Virus record (IMG/VR): IMGVR_UViG_3300008108_000044
Location: 1-64,000 of that record
From: a virus
DNA: 64,000 nucleotides
Strand: one strand, 5' to 3'
A program made the position numbers and the translations under genes. Position 1 is the stretch's first letter; every line of letters starts with the position of its first letter. Below are positions 35,803 through 46,116 of this stretch, piece after piece. The notes beneath the pieces were generated by a model that was given only the letters and a program-made list of their open reading frames with translations, was not told the DNA's origin and made no database searches.

Positions 35803-38781
35803 ATGGCAACCTTAGATCCTAAAAAATTATTAAATTCCTCTAGTGGTTCTGGTGGTAGATTGGCATCACAACCAAAAATGTTTTTGGTTCCAATTAAAAA
35901 TACTCAATATAAACAAACTGTTGATTTATCTCAGGAAATAGAAGAAACTAATGTATCTGATGCTGATCAAAAAGTAATAGATGATATAAAAGTTATTCGT
36001 GAAAAAGTAGTCAAGATAGAAGATATTCTTAAACAGTCAATTAAAATAAATCTTAAAAAAATACAACTTACTAGGAAGCAGGAAGAGAATCAAAAAAGAA
36101 AAAAGCAAGAAGATAAATTAGAGAAAAAGAAGGATAAATCAGAAAAAGGAGTTCCAAAACTTCCCATTCCTGGAATGAGTTTTATTGATAGAATAAAACA
36201 ATTTTTAGGAACAATTTTTACTGGATTTTTAGTACTAAGATTAGTTAAGTTATTACCACAATTGGTTGCTTTTATAGATTTTATAAAACCAATCAGTGAT
36301 TTTATAATGGATTTTGCTGCGGGAATGTTTGACAAGTTTATATGGGCGATTGACACTGGATATAAAATTGTAGATGGCGCTCAAGCCAAAATGAAAGAAC
36401 TTTTTGGTGATGATGGAGAGAAAAAATTTAAAGAATTTACAAGCACATTTACTAAGTTTATGAATCTCGCAATCATTGCGGGAATGGCAACGATGGGTGG
36501 TAACGATCCATTACGGGATCGTAGATTTGATGGACCACAGAGAAGAGGATTTGATCGTTCTGGAAGACGAGTATCTAGAGGAGCACAACAAAGATATAGA
36601 CAAAGATTTGGTGATCGCAAATATCAAGAAAGATTTGGTAGAAAAAATTTAAATAGACTTAATAAAGGTGCTCCTAAACCAGGACCTATCGATCCACTCT
36701 CAAGAGGATTGCAGAGAGGCGTTACAAAAATTGCTGGCAAAAACGTAGGAAGATTTGCTGGTAGATTGCCAATTGTTGGTCCATTAATTGATTTTGGAAT
36801 TAGGACGTTAATCTTTAAAGAACCTTTAGGAAAAGCAGCAGCTGGTGCTGTTGGTGCTGGTGTTGGTCAAGCACTGGGAACTTGGTTAGGTGGAACTGTC
36901 GGTACGGTTGCTGGATCAGTAGTTCCAATTGTTGGTAATCTTATAGGTGGTGCTGCTGGTGCTACAATTGGTGGGTTATTGGGTGGATTGATCGGAGATC
37001 AAATAGGTGTTAGTCTTTATAATGTTATCAATAAATCAAATTCAACTAAAATTGAAGGACGAGCAGAAGGTGGTTCAGTTGGTGGTAAAAGAGGATATGA
37101 TCCAGGCAAAAAGAAAAAAAAGCGTAAAGCAATACCAATTCAAAAAGTAAAAACCGATAAGACAAAACCTGGATTATCTATTGGGCAAGATAAACTTAAA
37201 AAGATATATGGATCTCAAGCAAGCACTACAAAACCACCACTATCAGTTTTAGTTAAAAGTTCTGAAAAATTAAAGAAACAGGGGTCATCAATTTTTGGTA
37301 AGGTGATGTCTTTGGGAGTTGATTATGTATTGGGAATGAAACCATCAACGTCAACTAAAAAAAGTATTGCTAAAGCTTTTGCTGGACTATTTGCACAAGC
37401 AAGTAATCCTGATATGATGCTTGGAGAACTTACAAGAACGTTCCAAGCTTTAGCTGAAGGTGGTGAAGTTGGAATACAACAAAGAGAGATGTTGAGGAGA
37501 AATCAGTCAATAATTGATTTGATGAGAGGTATAGAAACAGCACTTAATAAAGATTTTAATATACTGAATACCATACTAGGAATTCCTACTCAAGAAACAA
37601 TACCTCCAGGGGATGATGGTGGTATACCTGGAGCAAGACTTCGTGATGGATCTAGTGCTCAAATAGAAGCAGATCTTTTGGAATATTTTACCGCACTCTA
37701 TGGAAAAAATGGAGCTATTGGAATTGTTGCAAATTTAAGAAGGGAGAGTGGATATAGAGTAAGCACTCCTGATAATTCTCTTTATGAAGGTATGGCACAA
37801 TGGAGCAGAAATGCAAGATGGCCAAGATTTGTTGAATGGGCACGGAACAAAGGATTGGATCCATATAGTAGAAATGCACAAGCACAATTTATTGCAGTTG
37901 AACTTAAAGAATTAGGAACTGCAAGCAGAATATCTGCTGCAAGAAGTCCTGAGGAAGCTGCTAGTCTTTTTTACAATGAATTTGAAAGGGGAGCCCACAG
38001 TAGACCTGTAGTTGGTGCTAGAAATTATGATCCAAATAATCCACATGAACGATTAAATAAATCTTTTATAGGGGATATTTCAGGTAGAAATCCAAACATT
38101 GGTAGAAGAACAAGAGAAGTTGTAGTAAGACCATCACCTCAATCTGTACCTGGTAATTTAATAGATACTGGAATAAAAGATTCATCGGGAAGACCAATTA
38201 AACTTAAAGGTGTTATTGCCAATGCTTTTGTTGATATGGCAGCAGAAGCAAGACGACAAGGAATTAATATAGGATCTGGAATTTCAAATTCATTGAGATC
38301 ACCAGAACATAATGCGAGAGTTGGTGGCGCAGAAGGATCTAAACATTTAACTGGAGAGGCATTTGATATCAATTGGAATTCTCAAGCTGGAGTTTGGATA
38401 CGAAATAATGCCTCTAGGTTTGGATTTCAATTTAATAGTTATTCTGGAGAATCCACACACTTTGATTGGGTTGGTGGATACACTCCAATAGCAAATAGGA
38501 GATCTCCTAGACCAACTAGAATTGCAGCAGCTCCTGGAACAAAATACAGTTATCAAGGAACAACAATTTTTAAGGGAACTGATGGTAAGTTTTATGAAGA
38601 AAATAGTGGAGGAAATCCACTAGAGGTTGATAAGCGTAATTGGGAATACATAAAACAAAGAGGAAATTTATTGTCGGTGCAACCAAGACAAAACTCAACG
38701 GATATAGCATCATTACAACAAAAACCATCATATGATCAAGGATCAACAACTCATGTGCTTATTGTGGAAAAAACTGGTTAA
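35803..38781 (+). CDS. Tape-measure-like protein with phage tail lysozyme and M15 (D-Ala-D-Ala) peptidase domains
   Basis: Glycine zipper; GIVANL.RESG..GMAQW (tail lysozyme); S.RS....SKH..G.AFD...E.THFD (M15). Confidence 0.7.
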   Translation: MATLDPKKLLNSSSGSGGRLASQPKMFLVPIKNTQYKQTVDLSQEIEETNVSDADQKVIDDIKVIREKVVKIEDILKQSIKINLKKIQLTRKQEENQKRKKQEDKLEKKKDKSEKGVPKLPIPGMSFIDRIKQFLGTIFTGFLVLRLVKLLPQLVAFIDFIKPISDFIMDFAAGMFDKFIWAIDTGYKIVDGAQAKMKELFGDDGEKKFKEFTSTFTKFMNLAIIAGMATMGGNDPLRDRRFDGPQRRGFDRSGRRVSRGAQQRYRQRFGDRKYQERFGRKNLNRLNKGAPKPGPIDPLSRGLQRGVTKIAGKNVGRFAGRLPIVGPLIDFGIRTLIFKEPLGKAAAGAVGAGVGQALGTWLGGTVGTVAGSVVPIVGNLIGGAAGATIGGLLGGLIGDQIGVSLYNVINKSNSTKIEGRAEGGSVGGKRGYDPGKKKKKRKAIPIQKVKTDKTKPGLSIGQDKLKKIYGSQASTTKPPLSVLVKSSEKLKKQGSSIFGKVMSLGVDYVLGMKPSTSTKKSIAKAFAGLFAQASNPDMMLGELTRTFQALAEGGEVGIQQREMLRRNQSIIDLMRGIETALNKDFNILNTILGIPTQETIPPGDDGGIPGARLRDGSSAQIEADLLEYFTALYGKNGAIGIVANLRRESGYRVSTPDNSLYEGMAQWSRNARWPRFVEWARNKGLDPYSRNAQAQFIAVELKELGTASRISAARSPEEAASLFYNEFERGAHSRPVVGARNYDPNNPHERLNKSFIGDISGRNPNIGRRTREVVVRPSPQSVPGNLIDTGIKDSSGRPIKLKGVIANAFVDMAAEARRQGINIGSGISNSLRSPEHNARVGGAEGSKHLTGEAFDINWNSQAGVWIRNNASRFGFQFNSYSGESTHFDWVGGYTPIANRRSPRPTRIAAAPGTKYSYQGTTIFKGTDGKFYEENSGGNPLEVDKRNWEYIKQRGNLLSVQPRQNSTDIASLQQKPSYDQGSTTHVLIVEKTG

Positions 38782-38803
38782 ATAGTAAATATAACTTCAA
38801 AAA

Positions 38804-40105
38804 ATGGCAGGAAATACTCCAAATACAAAGGCAGAATCTGGTAATATTACTAAGTGTTTGATACACTCTAAAAAATCTGGAACCGCAGATATTTCTGCTG
38901 GAATAGTAGATTTTTCGTATTTTGAAAGTATTTTGGATGCTTCTGTAAGAGTCACTTTAATGATTATTGATACTGGAAATAGTCAAGGAGGAGCAGAAAG
39001 TCTTGCTATTTTATATAAGTTAAAGTTGACTGGTTTTGAAAAAGTAGAATTAAGTTTTAATGATAATAATGGAAATAAATTGACTTTTAGTGGTAATAAT
39101 GCGCTTTATATTGATAAAATTAGGAATGTGATCTCATCATCAGAAACTACATTTTATGTTCTCGATCTTGTGTCTAAAGAATTATTAGCGAATGATTTTC
39201 TAAAAACAGAAGTCTATCAAAGATATGATGGAGAACTCTCGGCATCTGTTGGTATAATTTTAAAAGAAGTATTAAAATCTAAGAAAAGATATCTTAGTGA
39301 TCAATCGGAAAACAAAGTTAATTTTTTTGGATCTGGTAAAAAACCATTCCAGGTAATACCAGAAGTTGCAAAACTTGGAATTCCTAGTGGTTCAAAAAAT
39401 TCTGCAGGATATCTCATATTTGAGACATATGATGGATATAACTTTAAAGGAATTGATAAATTATTTGATGGATCACCTAGAAAAAAATTAATTTATAACA
39501 GTTCTACTTTATTGCCACAAGGATATGATGCAAAAATTATTCAATATACCTCAAAGAAAACTGTAGATACGCAGAAAAATTTAGTAACTGGTGCATTTGG
39601 TGCAAGACTAGAAACCCGTAATCCAGAAAAACAAATATTCAATCCAAAAGCAAAAGAGGTAAAAAATAAAGATCAAAAGCCAAGAGGTGGAACTGAGTTA
39701 TCTGAAATACCAGAAGAATTTGTTAGAGATTATGGTGAAACTAGTAAAAGAATTAGTCATGCAATGGATGTTGGAGCATCTCCATCAGGAAATAAAGGAA
39801 GACAACTTGAGAAAAGAAAAGAAGAAAATGTAGAGTCTGCTAAAATTTTAGCTCAATCGGCAATGACTTATAATAAGTTGTTTACATTATCGACAGATAT
39901 TACTATTGCTGGAGATTTTAGTTTAAGAGCTGGTCAAATGATTCACTGTGATTTTCCAGAACAATCTTCAAAAAAAGAAACTCAAACAAATAAAGAATTA
40001 AGTGGTATATATATCATATCGGACATATGTCATTATTTGACACCAAAACAATGTCTTACTATAATGACTTTGGTTAGAGATTCTTACGGTAGGAAACCAA
40101 GATAG
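38804..40105 (+). CDS. Baseplate hub protein (gp27-like)
   Basis: YFESI, FET.DG.NF, I.GD..L.AG, SG.Y.I....H, L.RDS. Confidence 0.6.
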   Translation: MAGNTPNTKAESGNITKCLIHSKKSGTADISAGIVDFSYFESILDASVRVTLMIIDTGNSQGGAESLAILYKLKLTGFEKVELSFNDNNGNKLTFSGNNALYIDKIRNVISSSETTFYVLDLVSKELLANDFLKTEVYQRYDGELSASVGIILKEVLKSKKRYLSDQSENKVNFFGSGKKPFQVIPEVAKLGIPSGSKNSAGYLIFETYDGYNFKGIDKLFDGSPRKKLIYNSSTLLPQGYDAKIIQYTSKKTVDTQKNLVTGAFGARLETRNPEKQIFNPKAKEVKNKDQKPRGGTELSEIPEEFVRDYGETSKRISHAMDVGASPSGNKGRQLEKRKEENVESAKILAQSAMTYNKLFTLSTDITIAGDFSLRAGQMIHCDFPEQSSKKETQTNKELSGIYIISDICHYLTPKQCLTIMTLVRDSYGRKPR

Positions 40106-40117
40106 GATTCATTTTAG

Positions 40118-40330
40118 ATGGAAAACATTCAACAGCATATTGATCAAGATAAAAAAATTCTTGATGATCCAACAATTTCTCCACAGGCTCGCAGACACAC
40201 TGAAGAAGAATTGTCTGCTCTTGAGGCTTACAAAGAAAATCATCCTGGAGAAGATCATGATCCAACTCCACTAGAACTATATTGTGATACTCATCCAGAC
40301 GCAGCAGAGTGTAGAGTTTACGACGATTAA
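40118..40330 (+). CDS. cp12: CP12 Calvin cycle inhibitor
   Basis: PTPLELYCDTHPDAAECRVYDD C-terminal CP12 motif. Confidence 0.92.
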   Translation: MENIQQHIDQDKKILDDPTISPQARRHTEEELSALEAYKENHPGEDHDPTPLELYCDTHPDAAECRVYDD

Positions 40331-40334
40331 ATAA

Positions 40335-42695
40335 ATGAATTTAGAAACTATACCATATTATAATATTTTTGAAGATTCATCATTTAAAAGTGGTTGGACA
40401 GGAGTAGTTGCACCAAGAGAATCTTGGAGTACAAATAGTCAAGAAGAGGGTACTAAAGATCCTAAAAAACTTGAAAATTGGGGTAAAAGAGTAAAAGTTA
40501 GAATAGAAGGGGTTCACCCAGATTCAAGACAAATACTTTCTGATGACCAGTTGCCTTGGGCAGAGGTTAGATTGGGGTCAGCGGGATCTGGGCATCAAGG
40601 GGCTTGTCTTATTGGTGGAATAACTCAAGGAACTAGAGTATATGGAATATATGAAAAACCAGAAACAAAAGAACTCCCAATTATTTTGGGATGTTTGGGA
40701 GTAAATGACGAAGTTCCTCTTTCTAGAACAGTTCCCACCAGTGGATTTGCAAATATCTCTGGATACGTAAATGGTGGTAATGGATTATCTGATCTTGTTG
40801 CTGGATACAACATTCCTGCAGTTCAAGGTTTGCCATTAGAGGGTGGTTGGCATTCAAATGTCTGGGGAATTTCTGATATCAATTTGATGAAGGAATTTTC
40901 ATACGGGATTGCTTCACCAACAGATTGTGAAAAAGTTCCATTAAATGGAATTATGAAATCAATGCAAGAATTGATTCAAAAGGTTGAAAAGTGGCAAAAG
41001 CAACTATCAGAATGGGAAACAGCAGCACAAAAATGGATTGGTGATAAGCAAGCATGGATTCAACAAAAAACACAAGAAGCACAAATATTCATTACAGAAG
41101 GTATTAAATGGATATTTAAAGAAATTCGTAAATATGTTGAAGAAGAAATAAACAAAAAAACCAAACCAATTAAAGAAGCATTAAATCCACCAGATAGGGA
41201 TAAAGCTAAAGTGGGTCATGATGCCATGATGGAACTTATAACATGTCTGTTTAATAAGTTAATTGGCAATCTATTTAAAATGATTGGTAATTTTTTAAAT
41301 GGAATGTTTGATCGTTATATCAATGTGCCAGCATGTGCAGTATCTAATTTTATTGCAAGTTTATTGGGCAATACAATCGGTAGAATTGCTGGTGCTGTAG
41401 ATGCAATTATTAGTTCAGTTTCTGGATTAATTGGTGGTGTTTTTAGTTTAGCGAATTCTATTTTAAACCTTTTAAAAGCACTTGCTGGATTTTTTGCATG
41501 TGAGGAAGATCAGGAATGTCCAGAGACAAAAGAATGGAATATATTTGAAGGGGGACAACCATCAGCAATTTTTGATATAAATTCAATTGTAGGTGCTGCT
41601 CAAGGAATTGCATCTGAAGCACTGGGATTGGTTGGTAACGCTACAGGATTAATTGATAGTATTGCTGCTGCTGTTGATTTTGGAGACCTATTTAATAGTG
41701 CAGTTAGTGCTACAAGTGGTTGTAATATTGGTCCAGTATTTTGTGGTCCACCTCAAGTAACATTTTGGGGTGGTGGCGGCAGCGGTGCCAGAGGTAATGT
41801 TATAGTTAGTGCAATTGGAGACATACTTGGTGTCGATGTACGTGCTGGCGGCGGTGGGTATACTAAAGCACCATTTGTTGACATTAGGGATAATTGTGGA
41901 AAAGGTGCTGGTGCATCTGGAACTGCTTTAATTGAACCTGATGGTGGAATAAATCCAGATACTGGAGAACCAACTTATAGGGTTACCAATGTTGTTGTTG
42001 ATAATCCTGGCGCTGATTATCCTTCTAGACCTGATGGTGATTTGGGTGGAGATGGTAGAGTTTGGGCACCTGCGGAAAATACCGTTGTAAGAACACCAGA
42101 TGGTAGATGGGAACAATATCCTCCAGGATCCGAAATACCTCAAAGAGAAGGTGATACTATTTTTTCTCCAGAAGATCGGCAAATTTTACAAGGAGGAGTT
42201 CCTATAACAACTCTTCTTCCAGAAACTACTGCTGATGCAGGTATACCAATTGATAATCAAATTGCTAATGCTAGAGGTATAACAGATATTCCTGGCACGG
42301 GAATTAATGGTGCTACTGACGTTAGCGCATTTCCAGTCATCAATGTGGGTAGTTATCCAATTATTTTATATCTTTGTGATCTTATTATTGATAATGCTGG
42401 AATAAATTATTCTGCTGGTGATCAGGTTGTAATTGAACCTAATACTGCTGGTGCTGAGGTTGAAGCTACTTTTGGTCCATTTGGAGTTGTTACTGGAGTT
42501 AGGATTACTAATCCTGGTAGTGGATTTACAGAAAGACCAGAGATTTACATTAAATCTGAAACTGGTTATAATGTAGTATTACAACCAGTTTTCTGTGTAA
42601 GAAGAATTGGTGATGATACTGAAGGAAGAGATTTAACAGATCAAGAAAAGTTCAATGTTATCAGAGTTGTAGACTGCGTAGGTAGGATCGATTAA
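40335..42695 (+). CDS. gp5: Baseplate hub / spike protein gp5-like (N-terminal OB fold)
   Basis: RVKVRI.G.H...LPWA...G..V.G....P.ILG. Confidence 0.7.
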   Translation: MNLETIPYYNIFEDSSFKSGWTGVVAPRESWSTNSQEEGTKDPKKLENWGKRVKVRIEGVHPDSRQILSDDQLPWAEVRLGSAGSGHQGACLIGGITQGTRVYGIYEKPETKELPIILGCLGVNDEVPLSRTVPTSGFANISGYVNGGNGLSDLVAGYNIPAVQGLPLEGGWHSNVWGISDINLMKEFSYGIASPTDCEKVPLNGIMKSMQELIQKVEKWQKQLSEWETAAQKWIGDKQAWIQQKTQEAQIFITEGIKWIFKEIRKYVEEEINKKTKPIKEALNPPDRDKAKVGHDAMMELITCLFNKLIGNLFKMIGNFLNGMFDRYINVPACAVSNFIASLLGNTIGRIAGAVDAIISSVSGLIGGVFSLANSILNLLKALAGFFACEEDQECPETKEWNIFEGGQPSAIFDINSIVGAAQGIASEALGLVGNATGLIDSIAAAVDFGDLFNSAVSATSGCNIGPVFCGPPQVTFWGGGGSGARGNVIVSAIGDILGVDVRAGGGGYTKAPFVDIRDNCGKGAGASGTALIEPDGGINPDTGEPTYRVTNVVVDNPGADYPSRPDGDLGGDGRVWAPAENTVVRTPDGRWEQYPPGSEIPQREGDTIFSPEDRQILQGGVPITTLLPETTADAGIPIDNQIANARGITDIPGTGINGATDVSAFPVINVGSYPIILYLCDLIIDNAGINYSAGDQVVIEPNTAGAEVEATFGPFGVVTGVRITNPGSGFTERPEIYIKSETGYNVVLQPVFCVRRIGDDTEGRDLTDQEKFNVIRVVDCVGRID

Positions 42696-43285
42696 TGGCA
42701 AAACCAAAGCTTCACAATCCAGTAGAACTGGGAAGTAATTATGGTCACTTAAAACTTGGACATATTAATACAAATAATACTGTCTCTGGTGTTCTTCTAA
42801 GAAATGCTATGCCAGGTATGGCAGCAGAGCAGTATCTTATGTTTATGTCAACTGGTAAAATGGCAGGAAGTACGATAAATCGTTGTCCTGGTGTTTATCA
42901 AATTCATTGTGGAGAAAAACCAGTAAATAATACCTCATTTATGTTGAGGGCAGCTTCGGGGGATATTGTTATCTCCGCACCAGTTGGAAGAATTAGGTTA
43001 GAAGCAAGAAATATTGATTTAATTGCAAATGGTGGTAATAATAAAAGCGGACACATTAACATTGAATCGAATGAAAAAATTACCATCAGATCAAAAAATG
43101 TAGAAATTAATGGAGATTCTGTTTGTAAATTTTTATCATCTGGAACATGTGAAATTGTTGGCAGTGGCGCATTAAATTTTTATGGTGGATTAATTGATTG
43201 TGCAGATTCTTGCACAACATTAAAACCATCCAAAGGTACATCAAAATTTGAAGATCAGCAAAGAACTGGAGGATTTTTGGCATGA
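42695..43285 (+). CDS. gp5 C-terminal beta-helix-like spike protein
   Basis: Repeating GDI.I.A..G.I.L.A.NI beta-strand pattern. Confidence 0.5.
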   Translation: MAKPKLHNPVELGSNYGHLKLGHINTNNTVSGVLLRNAMPGMAAEQYLMFMSTGKMAGSTINRCPGVYQIHCGEKPVNNTSFMLRAASGDIVISAPVGRIRLEARNIDLIANGGNNKSGHINIESNEKITIRSKNVEINGDSVCKFLSSGTCEIVGSGALNFYGGLIDCADSCTTLKPSKGTSKFEDQQRTGGFLA

Positions 43286-44052
43286 AAGTACCCGATTTAA
43301 CAGTTAAAAAAACCTTCTATTGTGGAGTAGGTGATCCAAGTTTGGTTCTTGGTAAAGGACCACTTCAAACTAGAGGAGGTTTTTTTGCTGAAGGTCCAGC
43401 TATTATTGGATCTATCCCACCATTTTTAACTGCAACTTTGATGGTGGGACCATGTGAAAATTCGGATATGATCAAACCTCCCTTGATTCCAGGGGCATTA
43501 TGCACGGGAATTAATAATCCATATTCACTTGCTGTTGATGGTCCAGCGGCATTTCTGGGAGTAGTCGATACAAACGCTAACGTTAATGTCGGTGGAAATT
43601 TAATCACTCAAGGAGAAGTAATGTCTCGTTGTGGTGGACATATTCTCTCTGCTAAAAAGAATTTTGACATTCCTCATCCAACAAAAGAGGGATGGAGACT
43701 TCGCCATACTTGTCCAGAAGGTCCATCAAATGATGTATACATAAGGGGTAAACTTAAAAACAGTAATGTAATTGATCTTCCAGATTACTGGGCAGAATTA
43801 GTAGAGACTGATTCTATTACTGTATCAATTACGCCAGTAGGAACTCATCAAAATATTATTGTCCAATCTATAAAAGACAATAAAGTTTATCTTCACTCAT
43901 CTACGCCAATTAACTGTCATTATCATGTTTTTGGTGAACGTAAAGATGGAGAGAAGTTAATTCCAGAATATCAAGGGTCTACACCAGCAGATTATCCTGG
44001 TAATAATGATGAATATTCTGTATCTGGATATCACTATGATCGTAAAAAATAA
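43282..44052 (+). CDS. Virion protein with KxFDIxHP C-terminal (chaperone-like) domain
   Basis: KNFDIPHPTK...LRH.CPEGP..VY.RG...LPDYW. Confidence 0.55.
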   Translation: MKVPDLTVKKTFYCGVGDPSLVLGKGPLQTRGGFFAEGPAIIGSIPPFLTATLMVGPCENSDMIKPPLIPGALCTGINNPYSLAVDGPAAFLGVVDTNANVNVGGNLITQGEVMSRCGGHILSAKKNFDIPHPTKEGWRLRHTCPEGPSNDVYIRGKLKNSNVIDLPDYWAELVETDSITVSITPVGTHQNIIVQSIKDNKVYLHSSTPINCHYHVFGERKDGEKLIPEYQGSTPADYPGNNDEYSVSGYHYDRKK

Positions 44053-44054
44053 CA

Positions 44055-44702
44055 ATGGCTGAATTTACTCTTAACTCATCAAATAAATCAAATTGTAAAG
44101 ACGAAGGAATCACTGGTCCTTTTTCTTCAAAATTTGATTATATTTTAAAATCAACAACTGGTGATCCTGATTATCCAGCAGAAGCATGTACTCCTTGGAT
44201 TCATTACAATGTTAAAGTTGGAAATCTAAAGGCAGATGCTCTTGTTCAGGCACAGGATGTTAAGACTGCTGCGGTCGGATCATTGAACGCAAAGGCTGCA
44301 ATTTGGGATGCTAAAAAATCGTTTGATATTCAACATCCCACTAAACAAGATCATCGCCTTAGATATATTTGTCTTGAGGGACCAACAGCAGATGTGTATT
44401 TAAAAGGTAAACTTATTAACGAATCTTATATCCAATTACCAGATTATTGGAAAGATTTTGTTGATATGGAGAGTCTTGTAATAAATCTAACTCCTAATGG
44501 TCATTGGCAAGAGTTATTTGTTGATAAGATTGAATGGGGAGATAGAATTTATATTAGAAATAATTCTGGAACGGCGATTAATTGTGATTATGTTGTATTT
44601 GGTGAGCGTATTGATACCACCAAAAACATTTCTGAATATCAAGGCTTGACACCAGCAGACTATCCAGGCGATAATAGAGAGTACAATATTAACGGTAAGT
44701 AA
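44055..44702 (+). CDS. Paralog of 43282 with the same C-terminal domain
   Basis: KSFDIQHPTK..RLRYICLEGP..VY.KG...LPDYW...EYQG.TPADYPG. Confidence 0.55.
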   Translation: MAEFTLNSSNKSNCKDEGITGPFSSKFDYILKSTTGDPDYPAEACTPWIHYNVKVGNLKADALVQAQDVKTAAVGSLNAKAAIWDAKKSFDIQHPTKQDHRLRYICLEGPTADVYLKGKLINESYIQLPDYWKDFVDMESLVINLTPNGHWQELFVDKIEWGDRIYIRNNSGTAINCDYVVFGERIDTTKNISEYQGLTPADYPGDNREYNINGK

Positions 44703-45376
44703 TGCACCGAGTACATGAAGCATTCCCTTTGATTGTTTATCAGGGAATGGTGGAGTCCCAGGATAAAATTAAGATTTACTTAGAAGAACTTCGTGATTAT
44801 TGGTTTGATGGATATCAAAATGAAAGTCCAGAGTATTCTGGTAGGATTTTTGCACATCAAAATGAGATTTATCGTCCATTTTTTGAAGAACTTCGTACCC
44901 ATGTAGATAATTATTTTGGATACCTTAATGTAGATTATTCAAAACTTGATTATCATATTATTAAATCGTGGGTTGGATATCATAAGGATGATGATACTCC
45001 ATCAATTAAACCTCACAATCACAATGCATCAGATTTAAGTTTCGTATATTACGTTAAAACTGATGAAACTTCTGATAAGTTTTGTGTAGCACAGGAGAAG
45101 AATCCTAATGAGTGTGTGGGTGATATGTTTACTGAAGCATTGCAAAAGAATTTAATCACTGGATACAATCGTTATAATTGTAATGTTTACAGTATTACTC
45201 CAATTGAAGGAAGCGTAGTAATCTTCCCTAGTAAAATCGGGCACTTTACTCAAAAGTTTACTGAGAGGAAGGGTGAACGTCTTGTCATTCCTGGTGATAT
45301 CCGAGTTACTTTAAAACCACAAAACCCAGATTATCATCAAGGATCTACTCATCCTTCTCAGTGGTTACAACTCTAG
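44702..45376 (+). CDS. Putative 2OG-Fe(II) oxygenase (TIGR02466-like)
   Basis: SW...PHNH..S.LSFVYY, EG..VIFPS...H, R. Confidence 0.7.
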   Translation: MHRVHEAFPLIVYQGMVESQDKIKIYLEELRDYWFDGYQNESPEYSGRIFAHQNEIYRPFFEELRTHVDNYFGYLNVDYSKLDYHIIKSWVGYHKDDDTPSIKPHNHNASDLSFVYYVKTDETSDKFCVAQEKNPNECVGDMFTEALQKNLITGYNRYNCNVYSITPIEGSVVIFPSKIGHFTQKFTERKGERLVIPGDIRVTLKPQNPDYHQGSTHPSQWLQL

Positions 45377-46085
45377 TCGGTTCATGTTTTTTATAAATTT
45401 TTTGAACTTCTGACATCCAGGGTTCATCTCTCATCTTCCAATCCATATCATAATCCAATGTGATATGTTCGGAACCAATATACCTATTGATGTATGATTT
45501 GATTAGGGTTTCTCCAAGGGAGACATCACCCCAATCATTATCATGCATCTCTTTTATTCTGGAGTATAATTTAAGATATTTTTTCATCCAATAGCAATTA
45601 CCATGTGCAAAGTAATCTACATATGAATCTTCTGGATTACATGGTCCTGGATGTACTTTCCATGCTGGTATAACTAAATCTTTTTCTGGTTGAAGTGTAA
45701 AATTTTTAATAGAGAAGTCTCCTCTGCATTTTATGATGGTGTTATATTCCATAGGATCAAAAAGACGCAATCCTAAGTAATTTGCATACCATTGTCTGAG
45801 AATTCTGTATGACCACTCTCTTCCATTTATTTCTAATCCATTTGGTCTGAACTCAAAATCTGGAAGAGTTTCTTTGTCTCTAAACAAGCAGTTTTTAGGT
45901 TTATATTTTTGTATTATTCTATCGGTGTCAATATTTACAATACCAGAACCCATATAAAGTTCTGAATAATTGTAAGAGCTAATATATACATCTGCAGAAT
46001 ACTTATCAATAAGGTTTTCTTTTATGTTGGGAAAATGATTCTCCCAATTTCTCATGTAACCTGTTAATAATAGAGCAACTTTCAC
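45345..46085 (-). CDS. Putative glycan-modifying / glycosyltransferase-like protein
   Basis: KVALLLTG..R, DVYI, R.D, D.FA pattern; GTG start assumed. Confidence 0.4.
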   Translation of the reverse strand: MKVALLLTGYMRNWENHFPNIKENLIDKYSADVYISSYNYSELYMGSGIVNIDTDRIIQKYKPKNCLFRDKETLPDFEFRPNGLEINGREWSYRILRQWYANYLGLRLFDPMEYNTIIKCRGDFSIKNFTLQPEKDLVIPAWKVHPGPCNPEDSYVDYFAHGNCYWMKKYLKLYSRIKEMHDNDWGDVSLGETLIKSYINRYIGSEHITLDYDMDWKMRDEPWMSEVQKIYKKHEPTRVVTTEKDE

Positions 46086-46116
46086 AATAAATATAAAAAA
46101 ATACATATAATGATTT

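Noticed and set aside
40118-40330. CP12 lacking the N-terminal Cys pair, sitting among baseplate genes
   Set aside because: Known form of cyanophage CP12; not novel
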